From assembly GCF_009914755.1 (NCBI RefSeq), contig NC_060936.1: 64,000 nucleotides of DNA. The stretch is one strand, 5' to 3'. Below, piece after piece: positions 24,913-42,692 of this stretch (the first letter of the stretch is position 1; every line of letters starts with the position of its first letter). Origin of the DNA: the human T2T-CHM13v2.0 reference genome, Homo sapiens. A model generated the notes under the pieces. It was not told the DNA's origin and ran no database searches. It saw only the letters and a list, made by a program, of their open reading frames with translations. The translations under genes were made by a program, and so were the position numbers.

Positions 24913-27297
24913 GTCTTAAATTATCGTAGAAAGATTGTGAGATAAAAACTAATGAAAGAAAATGTATTTTCAAACAAAATATTTCAAAGTTTTCCATTTT
25001 CTCCAAAATGCAGAATTATTTTTCTAATATATAAGAAAGATGGCAGGAAAAAAAGATCCTGAATTGTAATACAGCAGAAATATTATAGTCATAAGGTAGA
25101 GGAGATTATATCATACACAATCATCTATAAAGTTATTAAATTTGTTATTTTTTAGTTGTGTGGATTTATATCTATTCTAACTTCATATCATGTCTCAGGA
25201 AGTATCATCACCTCATAAGGTAAAAACCAACCTAATTTTTCTCACCGTTGTCTTCCTAGAGCCTAGCAAAGTGTCTGATATATGGAAGATACTCAGTAAA
25301 TGTATAAAGAAGAAATGAGTGAAGTAGTACTGTTCTTCATGTTCATTAAAATGACCATCTTATCTGCTTATTTCTTGGTTTGGGTAAGTATATGTCAGCT
25401 ATTTGAAAGCCAACTAGGAAAATGACAAGTTAATTTTTATTAAAAGACACAATGATATAATAAACATTAGTTAGATTAAGATTCTTACCCTGATTTTCGA
25501 GTTGATTCATAAAAGAATCAAATAAACCTGGGTTTTTATTTTAAAATCAGAACCATTAGAATTTAGCCATATTTGAGAGGTCCATATAGTTATTTCTGAT
25601 GGTTACAAATAACTTAATACCAAAGGAATCATATACTTAAATCAAAATAATAATGATCTGCCTCCTAATTATTCTTCCCCTTCACCACCATCCCCTATTG
25701 TTGTCTGACCTACTCTGCTCCAGGGTTATCTCTCTGAAGTTCAAGTATGATCATGTTTTAGCATTTTGAAAGCCCAGATTAATGGTTCATTTAAAATTTA
25801 AATATTCGCAAAAGCTTATTAGTAATATCCTAGTAAGCATAATACAGCAATATATAAGGTAAATTTTGGCCTGCAGTTGGGAGGTTTTCATGAGAATTCC
25901 TATGTTTGTCTGGATTAGTCTTTGGGGTCTGGCTGGAGGGAAAGCATTCCCTGCATTTCCTGATCACTGAAGCTAAAGCAGGATTTCCTTGCCAAGTAGG
26001 CAAAGTGCAATCTTTAGAGACACCCTTGCCTCAGAGTAAGATGATGAAACCCCCAGATGGTGGTTTGCTATTTTCATATGGCATAGAAAAGTGTACAGTG
26101 TTAATAGATAATGAAATTGAAGCACGAGAATGGTCCAGAGTGGTGCAACTTCTGCAATAAATGCAGTGTTTCCATTTTTTTCTTTTTTCTTTTTGTCATT
26201 AGCTACTACTGTTTACTTAAGAAAACATTTATGGTTGATAGTGATTATGGTGGTGATGGAATTCATCCCATTGCAATGCAAACATTCAGCTAGCTCCTGA
26301 GGTTATTATACTGGCTCTGTTTGAGCAGCGTGGCTTCCAAAGTGGAGGTGGAAATTAAGTGGCATTTACATAGCAGAGCTGTACGGATAATTAGTAATTC
26401 AACACACAGCCATTCAGGACAAGGCCAACATGAGGAGTCATATAAGCATCATATGATAACCATTTAATGGGCTGTGTGAAATGAGTGGGTGGTCTAGGCT
26501 CAGCTCCGACCAGGTACTGGTTCCCACACTTCCAGGCTCAGGAAAAGGTCTAGAGTTCAAATGCATGCAAAGAGTCATCCATACAACTCTTGCTGGGTAG
26601 AGTTAGCTATGAAAGCTCCCATTAGGCCTGAGGCCAGAGCTCCTTCTGGATAAATAAAGTCATTCAATGAAGCTGCAAATGTGTGACATTTTAAGTGCAC
26701 TGACCTAATTAAATTATACCAGTTAGTAAAACTTTTCAACTTGAATAGATTTTCCATTCCTTTGCCATAATATTGTGAAAGGGACTGGGCAGAGACATGC
26801 TAATCCTGGGGAAAATTTGGTGTTTGGATACAGGAAGAGCAGAAAGGCCTCATGTTGAAGCCTTAATAACAGGAAAAATAAAAAGTGGCCTTCCACTCAT
26901 GAGAAATGCTTCAAGTGGCCTCACACCATGGGAAAGCGCCAGTCTACTGGGTGGAGCTCAGACATCTCTAGTTATGAAATTTTCATCTCTCCCTCATCCC
27001 CACTGGATTTGTGAGAGTGTCCATCTTCAGTAGTACCAACCCTTTCTGTGAATACAGATCACTCTTCCAAGTTCAGGGCAAACAAGCAGAGAAGAGCAAA
27101 AAAAATATGTCATATTATGCTAAGATTTGCTAATAGCATATTTTAACACTAATGAATTGTAGATGTTCAATTCAACAGACAGTTGTCACAGGTGTATTGT
27201 GTTCTGTTCTGGAGACCACTAACCTTACATCCCAGGCCCCATCTAAAGAGAGTAAAAGCATAGGTCAACACGTAGATATACTTTAAAACCTTTAGGG

Positions 27298-27512
27298 CAG
27301 GGGTCAGCAAAGTTTTCTTATAAAAGGCCAAATAGTAAAAACTGCTGCCTTCGTAGGTCATGTTAGTTTCTACTCACAACTACTCAATTCTGACACTGTC
27401 GTGCAAAAACAGCCATGGATAATACATCAATGAAGGAGTGTGGCTATCTTCCCAACAAACTTTATTTTAAAAGCAGGCAGCAGGCCTACAGGCTGTAATT
27501 TGCTGACTCCTG
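27298..27512 (+). mobile_element. MER58A with intact TIRs
   Basis: TIRs caggggtcagcaaa ... tttgctgactcctg; internal aaggccaaatagtaaa, aaactttattt. Confidence 0.88.
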
Positions 27513-28126
27513 TCCTAGAACATATAAAGTCACCCAAAGTGCAAAGTAAGAGAAAACAGAAGGAAAAGCCAGGGTTTACTGACTATTTTCTTCAAACTAT
27601 GATCTGATTTCTCTCAGTCATGGCTATGGTGACATGAATTAATCCCCTAGCCAGATGCAGAAGTAACTTCGCTGTCCATGTATTTTATTAATTCATGATT
27701 TATGCTTCATCTACTTTCAGCGAAGTAGCTGTCACTGAGAATACACTTGTAAAGGCTTGCCTACTTGGTGTGGTGGAAGAGACTTCCCCAACCAAGGCAA
27801 TTCTAAATAGAATTATAAGTTACCAATTATAAATTATTTGAAAAGACAAGTTGTCTTCCTCTACTCTTAGTTAAGATGGGCTATACCAAGTTTGAGCAAA
27901 CAAAACTAGCAAGGAAAGAGGGCTCCTTACGAAATGTCCAAAGCAGATCACAGACCAGTAGAAAAGAACTTTGGGGGATGGAGTATGAGCTAAATTTGGA
28001 GTTGGTGTCAAATCATAGCATTATTGATCATTAAAAGAGAGAGAATGGAAGAAAAAAAACATTGACATTTTCTGAGCAATTACTGTTGCCAAGCATGGTA
28101 TTAAATACTTTAAAATGAGTTATCCT

Positions 28127-28470
28127 GGCTGGGTGCCATGGCTCACATCTATAATCCCAGCACTTTGGGAGGCCGAAGTGGGCAGATTGCTTGCTTGAGC
28201 TCTGGAGTTCACGAGCATCTTGGGCAACATGACAAAACCCTGTCTCTAAAAAAAAATACAAAAATTAGCCAGGCATGGTGGTGCACGCCTGTAGTCACAT
28301 CTACTGGGGAGGTTGAGGTGGGAGGATCACTTGAGCCCAGGAGGTGGAGGTTGCAGTGAGCCAAGCCAAGATCTTGCCACTGCATTCCAGCCTAAGCGAC
28401 AGAGAGAGACCCTGTCTCAAAACAAAACAAAACAAAACAACAACAAAAATATATACACACATATATATAA
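28127..28470 (+). mobile_element. AluJ with (AAAAC)n/(TA)/(CA) tail
   Basis: ggctgggtgccatggctcac...ggaggatcacttgagcccaggagg; agttatc on both flanks. Confidence 0.92.
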
Positions 28471-28519
28471 TAAGTTATCAATTTAATCTTTCCCTTTTTA
28501 TTTCCTGTACAGATATTTA

Positions 28520-29770
28520 TTCTTTTTAAAATACATTTTTTGCATATATTTGAAGTTTACAACATAATATTATGAGATACACATAGATAATAAAATGGTT
28601 ACTATAGTGAAACTGATTAACATAGCTATCATTGCACATAGTTACTTTATTTTTTGTAGCAAGAGGAGCTAAAATCCCCTTAAAACTCCCTAGTACAATA
28701 CAATTCTATTAACTACAGTCATCATGTTGTACATTAGATCTCTAGACTTGTTCATCCCACATATCTGCTACTTTCTATCTTTTGACCTGCATCTCCTCAT
28801 TACCTCTCTCCTCTTCTGGTTCTTAGTATCTGCTGTATTGTTTTTTATATCTCTACTCTGTATATCTGACTTTTTTTAATAGTCCACATAAATATTGAAT
28901 ATTTTTGCATATGCATAAATATTGCATGTTGCATAAGTAAGCTCATGCAATATTTTTTCTTTCCGTGTCTTGCTTCTTTCACTTGACATAATATTGTCCA
29001 TGTTCATCCATGTTGTGGAAAATGGCAGGCTCTCCTTCTTTTATAAGGCTGAATAACATTCCATTGTATTTATACATTACCATATTTTCTTAATCCATTT
29101 GTCTGTCAAGGGATATATAGGTTGTTTCTATATTTTAGCTATTATGAATAACACTGCAAAAAACATAAGAGTACAGATGTCTTTACAAGATGATGATTTT
29201 ATATCCTTTGGGTAAACGCCCAGAAGATGGATTGCTGGGTCTTATGGTGGTTCAGGATTTCCTTTTCTCCACACCCTCACCAACATTTGTTATTTCTTGT
29301 CTTTTTAATAATAGCTATCCTAATGGGTGTCAGGTGATATTTCATGGTGCTATTCGTGTGTGTTTCCTTGATGATTGGCGATGCTTAACACATTTTCATA
29401 CATCTGTTGGCCATTTTTATGTCTTCTTCAAAAAAATGTCTGTTCAGGTATTTGTCCATTTTCAAACCTGGTTATTTGTTTTTCTGCTATTGACTTGTAA
29501 GAGTTCCTTATAAATTTTGGATATTAACCCCTTATCAGACATGTGGTTTGCAAATATTTTTTCTCAGTCCATAGGTTGCCTTTTCATTTTGTTGATTGTT
29601 TCCTTTACTGCACAGAAGCTTTCCAGTTTTATGTACTCCTAATTATTTATTCTTGCCTTTGTAGCCTGAGGTTTTGGTATTATGTCCCAAAAATCATTGC
29701 CAAGGTTAATATCAAGGAGCTTTTCCCCTATGTTCTATTCTAGGAGTTGTATTACTTCAGGTCTTATGCC
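28520..29770 (-). mobile_element. L1MA (MA8/9-like) 3' region with an internal deletion near 29253
   Basis: tgtacattagatctctagacttgttcatcc; aggctgaataacattccattg; ggatattaaccccttatcaga; ttctaggagtt. Confidence 0.9.
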
Positions 29771-30254
29771 ATTTAGTATTTTCAATCTTCTGGGGAGGTA
29801 TATTTAGCCATATATTACAGAAAAGAAAATGAAAACATCCTTAATTTGCACAACTAGTAACTCCAGGAATTGGGATTTGAACCCAGCTATATCTATCTCC
29901 AAAGTGTATGGCTTTCTGGTAACACTCTTAAGCACAAAACATCAAGATTTTGCCCACCTCAAGTCAATAATTCTTACTTCATCTTAATTCCGTTTACCTA
30001 TGTGACATGCTTTTATTCTCTGCTTATTGTTAAATCAAATTATTATTAATACATTCTTTAAAAAAATGCCTAATTCTATTATTGGTATATAGTTATTTAT
30101 GTTTGAGATTACTGGGCCAGCAGAAATCGAATAATAGGCCACATGTCAAAACTATATCCCCTCTTCCTTCTCATTTAGTTCACTGGAGCTGGCTTCCTAA
30201 TATTCCATAACTTTTATGCATTTAGCCACAAATCAGGCTTGATAGTATAAATAT

Positions 30255-30445
30255 AAGAAGAGCTAACATTTATCGGGTACCAAATATGTCACAGTCACAT
30301 CATTTCATACCCCTTTGATCATCCTATGAGGTGGGTACTATCATATCTCCATTTTAAGAAAAATGTCTCTTATTAAGAGAATAATTTGCTCTGGGTCACT
30401 CAACTAGTAAGTAGCTGAACTGGGATTCAAACTCAGATCTTTTCT
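30255..30445 (-). mobile_element. MIR
   Basis: gctaacattta...cctatgaggtgggtacta...ctgggattcaaactcag. Confidence 0.75.
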
Positions 30446-32611
30446 TAAATTATTTATAAATTCAGGCCTTACAGAAAAATCACAGGGATACCTTTTCTGC
30501 TTATCCATGTATGATAAGACCCTGAAGAAGATAAGCACTTTCTTTTCTATAACCAGCTAAACATACTTTTGAGCCCCAGAAAAGGAGTCTAAGGAAGAAT
30601 AAGCAGTTCTCTCACTCCAGCCTACTCACTCTTCCTCCTATCTCAATAGTCCCTACAGAAATTGGGAGTCAAAAGTAGAGGGAAAAAAAAAAAGGTAAAG
30701 AGGCAGAGGACAGACATTTTTGAAGGAGAAACAGGAATAGCTTAATAAAGTCCATTCAAAAATTATCTTTGGAAAATATATATTTATATATATGCCTTGG
30801 TCCAAGAGCAATCACAACTAAAATTCAAATACTGTCCTTGCCAGAATCTTTTACTGACGTAAAGGTAGAATTTGTGCCAAATATGAAAGAAAGTCAACAA
30901 GTTCTTTCCTCCTTTTTTATTTCCCAGCAGCCAGCTACTTACAGCACCCCCTGATGAGTTTTTCAATCACAAACTTAGGAATCCATGACTTTTTACTGAA
31001 TTTCAGAAAGCCCCACATGCTATGTGCATTCTCCTAAGGCTATAAGTCAAATAACAAACTATGCATTTTATTTCCAAGTAGGAACAATCTAGTTTCTCTG
31101 ACAGTGTCACACATACATTGTTCTTTTAAATCTCTTCGCCTATATGAAATCAAGATATGATTCTTAAACAACAAAGACTGTAATTGTATTAGCAACACAA
31201 TGAGTCACCCTATCACTTAGATCCTGAATAAATGTGAGGAGCATCTGTTGAAATGGAATCCGTGGGCTCCCTTTAATGGGCCAAATGTCTCCAAGGACAG
31301 AATAGTGACAGGAAGCAATCCAGCTGCTCAGACTGCAAATCTTTGGTCCTTGAAAGAAAAATCAGGAAAGCATCATGAAAAAAGTAAATGTGCACACTTT
31401 ACCTTAGGAAAAGATTAACAAAGCTTAGTTAGAACACTGATCATTTGACTGCCTGCGTTTCTATTTATTTCTCACAGGAGGTCTGGCAACAGTGAATTTT
31501 CCTCCCTGGGGTGCTCTTCAAATTATGATTTTCAAACTTTTTCAAGGCCACTTTAGGGAGGCAAAATATCATCTACCTGCCCTACCTACTTCCATTGCTA
31601 CTGCAAAAAAGCAAACAAACAAAAATAGCAACAACAAAAAACACAATCTCATGAAATGAATGGAAAGAAGGGTGTTGTTGCTAATAAGGCACCAATGAAA
31701 GAGGTGAGCAAAATGGTTCTTCAGTGTCAAGAACAAAAATATAGCAGGAAAATTATTGTATGGAGTAGGAGGTGGGGGCATCTCAGCAATCTAAAACTAC
31801 TCAAAGCATATCTGAATGGCCTTGGGTGACTTGCAAATGCCCTTGGACCAGGGCAAGGCTACTTTGTAAGAGGAAATAAAACTTTTCTCATGAGAGAACG
31901 TTGCCCTTGTGGTTGGGGGAAAGGGTGCTGTGGAAAGGGAAAAAGTTCGAGTTCTAGAGTTGAAAGGGAGTTTATACAGTAGTTGTTCCAAGTCCCACAG
32001 GGTTGATCGCTCCTTGTTGTCATTCTTACTGCTCCCCAGTCTCACTGATATAGGGCAAGAGGAGCACAATGTAGAATCTTGAAAAGACTCTGACATTGCT
32101 TGCCTCAGCTCTCTCACATGTGTCTTGGGGAGAAGGAAACCTCAAAGCTCAAAGGACACATCAGAAAAGCTGTGCCTCATCTTCTTGCTCTAAGAGGATT
32201 TGGGTTTAATTTCCTTTTCCATTCTGCCAAAGGCAGTAAAGAAAAGAAAGATCTCAACCTTGCTGAGGGAAGGAAATGGCAGGGATGGCATTGAGAATGG
32301 CAGAATAGCTCTGGACAAGGTCATGGCAATTGATGAACATGCCCAGAGGTGCATACTTTGGGGCTGGCAACAGAAAAAAATGCCAAGCAAGCTGAGCAGC
32401 ATGGAGCAGTGACAGACAACGAGAGGAAGCAAGGGAGTAAGGCCAACTCTGAGGAGTATATGCAGCAGATGAAATCTGAGGCACCTCACTGCCTTTGCTG
32501 TGAGTAAAGATAGAATGAAAAAGTATGTAATGGATCCCTTAGGTATTGTGCTGTTAAAATTAGTCACTGACAGACTAAGAAGTTCTGGGAAGTTTTGTGA
32601 ACAGGAAGAAG

Positions 32612-33202
<591 letters not shown>

Positions 33203-33289
33203 AGGTGGACTCTTTAAACAACGCTAAAGCACTCCCAGCAGTCCTGCCTTGGTTTTCTGCTTAAGGTTTTCATTTATAATAGTCATATT

Positions 33290-33760
33290 CACTTATCAAC
33301 TCATTAATGCGGCGAAGACTTATAAGGAACTAGTAAGTGCCAGTCCCAATGCTCAGCAATGGGGAAACATTTACAGACAAAAATTAGCAGGATCCCAGCC
33401 CTTTTAGAGCTTTCAGCGTAGTGGAGGTAATAGGCATAACCAAATGATTGTACAAATAAATGTGAAATGAAAAATCTGACAAATACTATGCAGGATTTGA
33501 AAGCAGAAGAGTGGGAGGCATTTGCTAAGTCTGAAGGTTCCCTACAAAAGAGACCAGTGAGTTGACAATAGAGAATGAGTAGAAAATAACTAGGGAAAGG
33601 GTGGTGTTGAGAGCCGTATTTCATCGTGTAGTAAAGCCCTGTGGTGGGGAAGAGGGAACAGGACATATTGGAGGAAATAATAAAAAGATAAAGGGTTATT
33701 ACTGAGGCTACAGAGAGAAAAAGATAAAAGGTCTCTGGAGGATTTAAAAAAATAGTAAAG
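33290..33760 (-). mobile_element. L2 3' fragment
   Basis: cagcccttttagagctttcagcgtagtgg...agccctgtggtggg. Confidence 0.55.
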
Positions 33761-33821
33761 TCCTAAAAAAGAAAAAAAGCAGAATCTCACATATGTTTAA
33801 ATGTTGAGAGGAAGGACTCGG

Positions 33822-34045
33822 TAATAATAAGAGCCAACATATATCTTGTTGGTCATACATTCCTTATACAAATATATGTATATGTTTTACATATATTTAT
33901 TCATTTAATCTTCCTTATAAAACTTTGAAAAATGGGTATTCTTACTATCCTCATTTTATAGATAAGGAAATAGAAGCACAGAGTTTAAGTAACTTGCCCA
34001 GCTAGTAAGTGTCAGAGCTCCAGGATCATTTATCTTAACCAATAT
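33822..34045 (-). mobile_element. MIR
   Basis: cattttatagataaggaaatagaagcacagagtttaagtaacttgccc. Confidence 0.8.
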
Positions 34046-34092
34046 GGAAGGGGATAAATATATTAGAGAAAGTATAATCGATAGGTGGAGGT

Positions 34093-34245
34093 AGTAGTTC
34101 TTCAATCTCAGTCTACATTAGAATCAGCAAGTGTGCTCATGAACATTCAGATTCCCATACATTACCTACCTTCTAGGTTTCTGAATTAATAGGTCTAGCC
34201 TTTTTCAACACCAAGTCCAGGTGATTCTGATGCAGGTGCTCCAGG
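34093..34245. mobile_element. MER5-family hAT-Charlie fossil
   Basis: cattagaatca...ccaggtgattctgatgcagg. Confidence 0.65.
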
Positions 34246-35796
34246 GGCAAAGCATGAGTGCAGAGGTAGAGAGATTGCTATTTTTCCTAGGGGAGGTTGG
34301 GAGATTTCCTTCTAATGGCTTCTATTTGTTCTCAGAAATATAATATAGCAAACATGAATACTACAAGACAAACTTGAGTGTCATCTCAAAGACTCTCATC
34401 AACTACGAAAGGATTGAGAACAACCCGTCCCTGACCTTGAGAATTACGGTCCTGGTGGACTGCTGCATTTCATGCCCACTCTTGTACCAAGAGGAGCTAA
34501 AGAAGGCTTTATGTCTGTTCCTCCAAAAATTGCAGGAAGGAGTATATATCCTACAAGAGTGATAGGAAGGCCAGGTGATTGAGGAAAGACTAGATGAAGT
34601 GTTGAGATAAACTAAGTCAGCCAAGGGCACAGTAGGCTAGAAGCCCTATAAGAAGAACCCAGTAAGATCCAGAAGAGGAAAAGATATATTTATGGCTGAA
34701 AGGGAAGTACATGGGAGACTTGGTTTATTTACAGTGTCCTTGTGTTTGCAATGGGCATTGTTTAAAACTTCTTTTATCCCAGAATTATTTCCCAGAACTT
34801 CCTACCAGGTCTCCCAGAACACCGAGATTTACATCTGAAAAACCAGTGCACAACGGGGAACATCTGTGGTCTTCAACTTACACAGCTAATGGCCTTTCCC
34901 CCACTCTTACATCACCAGGGACCACAAGCCAACACATGCTGTAAGGATGTAACCAGCTGTAGGGAAAACATTCATTATCAGAGAGAATTACCCAAGTCCT
35001 AAATACTCGGCTATGCAGGAAAAATAAAATTCTACTTAATGGAACTAGCAAAAGTTGACTTTTTGAAAGGCTTTCATGGGTCATTCTCATTGCCTATTTC
35101 AGTCACCCTTAAGTCACAAATCTACAACTGGAGTCTGTGATGTTCAGGCAACTCTCAACTATCTGTACATCCAGCAATTTATAATCCACATATAACCCAA
35201 ATGCTGCATTTAGCTAGTAATCTCCACTGCCTCCTCCTCATCATCCGTAAATAACTTCCCTGGCACCTTTTACTAGAGGAAGATGCTTTTCTTGAGTTTA
35301 ACTTTGTCTCCCTTCAGCTTTCTACTGTGAACTGAAACAGTCAATGTTCAAGTGTAAAGTAGTACCCCACGAAAGTGAACTAGGTACAAAATGTGGCATC
35401 CCTACCCCCACCTCCTCGTGAGTTTGTGGGAAGAGGGTGTAGTACACTTACTAAGTTGAACTATAAGCAGAACTTCCCTAGGTAGCCAGAGGAAAATGTC
35501 CATGAACTCAAGCCAAGCCAAAGCTGCCATTCCCAGCCTTGTGGGCAGCCAGCCCACCCTTTCGGAAGTGCCTCAGACAGTGCTTTGTTATGTTTCTCCA
35601 GTGAGGAAGCTTCCTGTAGGTCGCGGTGTCTCCTGCCTTGCAACCATGAGAATAGCTGGAGCTCAGTCATCTGTCCCCCTCATCCTGTCAGAAGGAAGGG
35701 TCAGAGAATTCCCATTTAAACAACCTTAGCAGAGTTGATGGAAAAAACATGAGAAGAAGGAAAACTCCTGAGAGTCCAAATGGTTGTGGAAAATTA

Positions 35797-36030
35797 TTTA
35801 TACACACACACACACACACGCATCACAGTCTATATGTGTATACACACCTATAATGTATATATATTTATAATACAGAAAAATAATAAATAATATGCCTAAT
35901 AGATTATAAGTATATACATATATAAACATACACATATATGTATATATACATGTAGATATGTGTACATATGTATGTATGTGTTTTATATATATTATGTTTA
36001 TTGTTTGTGTATTTATAAATATATAAAATA
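35797..36030. repeat. (CA)n/(TA)n low-complexity tract
   Basis: tacacacacacacacacacg followed by degenerate TA/CA/TG alternation. Confidence 0.85.
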
Positions 36031-36826
36031 TTGCCCTATCTTCCTCTCCACACATATTGGCTCGGATTTCACAGTGCTTCCAAGCATAACCAAAAGACTC
36101 AAAAGAATGAAAATTAAAAACACAATGCCAGTTTCCAGCAGGATGGGTGGTAGTTGTCAAAACTTGATGTTCAAAGCCAGGATTAAAGGCTGATCTAGCC
36201 CATGGTAGACAGGTGCTTGAGGAAAGGAAGGATTTGGCAACTGCTTCCAATATCCTTCCATCTCCAAACATACAAGTTCAACAACCCACATTGTTCCCTT
36301 ATTCTTTGTCCAAATGAGAAGAAATGCTTCTGCGAAGACATTTGTTTTAGCTTCCAAATGGTCTCGGAACACCCTGAACATCCTAGAATCTGCCTGCTGG
36401 GTGGAAGCAGGGTGGGAAAAGACATGCTGACGACCACTTGGGTGGCAGGCTGTTCCTTCCATGCCCAAGGCATCTGTACTTTGAAGTTCGGAAAACTTCC
36501 TCCATGGCACACTGATTTCCATACACTTTGATTCTTCAAGACTTTAAGTGATATGATAAGATAAACTTCCCCCGAAGGAACAAGGACAGCTGAGGAAGAA
36601 GTTATAAATGTTCCCAAAAAATCCCCTAATAATCAGAGCAGTCCATAGCAAAGTACTGTAGGCCTGTTGTTGAAAAGAGAAAACTCTGCCTTCTTTATGA
36701 TAATCACTTTACTAATGGAAGTGTGTTTGTGAAGTGCAAATCTCCTTAGATGAGTGAAAAGTTTCTTTTTTCTAAACTGCAGAATGAGATTGCCTGTCCC
36801 AAAGCAAACACGACAGGTGCATGTGA

Positions 36827-37354
<528 letters not shown>

Positions 37355-37859
37355 TAAATCAACAGGTTCTCCCATGGGATTGTGTGTGAGCTGCTCGATA
37401 TGAAAAAAACAGAAGCCAGCTCTGAAACTAAAGGACATAAAGGTCCTTTGCTACTAGAATGCTCATAAATGCCTCTGACAAGCATTTGAGACTCTCTGCA
37501 ATCTACTTCCACCTGCCTTTCTAGGCATCACACCCCTGTCTTCAAATCAGGTCCTTGTCTCAAGCCCCATCAAGCTGCTTCCTGCCTTCGTTTTCAGCAT
37601 AAATCACCCCACTAGCTTTTCTTGTCCTCTCTCCTTGCCCTTACCCTTGGGATTCTAACCAGCCTGAGGAATTCAGCTCCTTATGTACTTTAGAATTCAG
37701 ACCACTGCATTCTCTTTCCTCTAAATTTTGTTGTACTCTTAAAATTATCCCTTCAAACTCTTCTTTTCTCCAGTTATCAGTACTAAACAAGTAATTGTTT
37801 CCCTAACTACATATAAACAAATTTTAAAATGCTATCTGTGGTATGAAAAATACTAAAAC

Positions 37860-38480
37860 ATGTTAATGGATAGAGGAAGAGTAGGGTGGAGGTAAAATTT
37901 TAGATAAGAGATAAGAAAAGATATTGTTGAAGAGGATACCTTTGAAATGAACAAAGGAAGCCTGCCATCAAATGGCTGAGAGGAGAATGTGAAGAATTTG
38001 AGACACTTGGCTTGAGAGGACCCCAACTGGTGTTTCAGAAACAAAAAGGAAGCCGGCTCAGGATGAGGAAAGTGATAATGATGCATTCAGAAAGGAGGGC
38101 AGTGGGAGATTATGTGGGTCCTTGTTGGCTGGACAAGAAGTTGGATTTTCCTCTAGTGCAATGGAAAACCTTTGGAGGACTTTAATTGAGGAAGTGATAT
38201 AAGCCAGTTTATGTTTTCAAAAGAGCTCTCTATTTGCAACGTGAAGAAAAGACAGGAGGGAGGTAAGACCAAAGGCCTGGAGCTGACTTGCTGGGATTCC
38301 AGGTGAAAGGTAAGAGAGGCTTCCCTAGGATGGTAGTGGTGAGATGAGAGAAAGTGGAGGGATTGGGGACATATTCTGAAGATGCAGTCAACAATTTTTG
38401 ATGATGAATTGAATACAGTTTATAAGGGAAAGAAAATAATCCAGAATAACTGCTAGATTTTTGACCTAAGCAACCAATGT
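37860..38480 (-). mobile_element. L2 fragment
   Basis: gcaatggaaaacctttggaggactttaa; ggatggtagtggtgagatgagagaaagtgg; tagatttttgacctaagcaac. Confidence 0.7.
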
Positions 38481-38529
38481 GACTTGGCCAATGTTATATT
38501 ATATCCAGTCAATAAACACTATGATTATC

Positions 38530-39390
38530 TTCCAATTACTGAATATTTATCATGTGTTTTGTATGCTTTAGCCATTGTTTATAATCATTAGACAAGCCTG
38601 TGAGTAGCTATTGTGACCAGCATTAAACTGATGAGGAAAATGGGGCTCAAGAAGTGAATTTGCCCAAAATCACACAGCTAAGCCAGGTTTCAAATCATGG
38701 CCAGTGGGACTCCAAAATGTGTACTCTCTCCATTCAGTTACTACTCCCTTAGCTTGTCCTCTGATTGCTAGATGTACTTTACCACTGAAGTTTGTCCTTC
38801 AGTTGTGTAGGCATAGAAGAGATTGGACAGCAGGAAACCATAAGTGAACTCCACTCCTCTCCGGATGGTGGATCATATAGATTATTTTTTCTTTACACAT
38901 TTAGGTTATTGGGGTTCTTTGTTTTGTTTTCTATAAGGAAAACTGGGGAATCAAAGCCAACTCTGGAGACAAACTGTATTCCAATTCCAGCCCTACACAT
39001 AATATTTGTATATGCTTCAGCAAGTTTCTTAGCTGTGAAGAGTGTTAATTTCCTTGTCTATAAAGTGTGTATATAATAATATTTACCTGGGCAGGTGGTA
39101 TGAAGATTAAATGAGAAATGTAGGAAGCATTTAATGCAAAGCCAAGTAAAAATGACAAGTAGAAAACTCTTAAATAAGTGGTATATATTTTAGTGGGAGC
39201 TCCCAAGAGTAGACATCAGGACACAAACAATTATTCAAGTCAGTATTTTATTTTCTGTAATTTATTTCTGTCTTACTAGGTGAGGCAACTCAGACAAAAG
39301 AGAAAGTGACTTGCCTAATAGTCAAGATAAATTAGAGTCAGGACAAGAATTCCCACTTCCTAATTCCCTGAACACATCCACTAAATCACC
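38530..39390. mobile_element. Cluster of three MIR fragments (~38530-38740 minus, ~38950-39180 plus, ~39275-39390 minus)
   Basis: gatgaggaaaatggggctcaag; tgaagattaaatgagaa; gtgaggcaactcagac...gtgacttgcc. Confidence 0.6.
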
Positions 39391-40146
39391 CAGTCTCTTG
39401 GGTATTGTGTGTTTTTTAAACTGCTACCCAAATGATTGCTCCTGGATTCTGTAAGCACCCAAATCACAGCTGCTACAGACTAGCCATTCGAATAAATAAA
39501 CTAGAAAGTCATGCAATCAGGCTCAGAAGACTCCTAAATCAAATTTCTGCTAAGGATACACACTACTGAAAAATCTACTGCTCGTAGGAAAATTGTCAGT
39601 ATGGCTTTAAGAGTTATTTTCATTTGGGATATATACAATCCTTAATCTGTGTGTCTTAAAAGAAATACATTTTCTACTCTACCCTATCAAGTCACAAGAC
39701 GTAAGGAATTCTGATCTTCAACACAGAGATCCCTTGTCCTTAGGCTAAAACAATTCCTTTGAGGTTATTGTTAGAATGAGAAGCCGTTCTGATGCCTCCT
39801 TGATGATCAAAATTACCTGAAGAATTTAGTAAAAATGATTTCTCCATCTCCAAACTCTCAGAGATTCTGATCCAGTAGGTCTGTGGTGGGGTCTAGGAAT
39901 AAATATTTGTTAAAATCTGTTTATTAGCCACCAACAAGGCAAATCAAAATCACAATGTGATATATCACACCCATTGAAATAGCTCTGATCAAACAGACAA
40001 GTTTTGATGAAGATGTGAAGAAATTTGAATTCTCATACACTGCCAATGGGAATGTAAAGTGGTATGGCAACTTCGGAAAACAGTTGGGCAGTTGGGCAGT
40101 TAAACATAGAGTTCCCCCTTGTCCCAGTAATTCCTCTCTTAGGTAT

Positions 40147-42692
<2,546 letters not shown>

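Noticed and set aside
35798-36271. 157-aa ORF
   Set aside because: C-terminal half is translated TA/CA low-complexity sequence; no recognisable domain.
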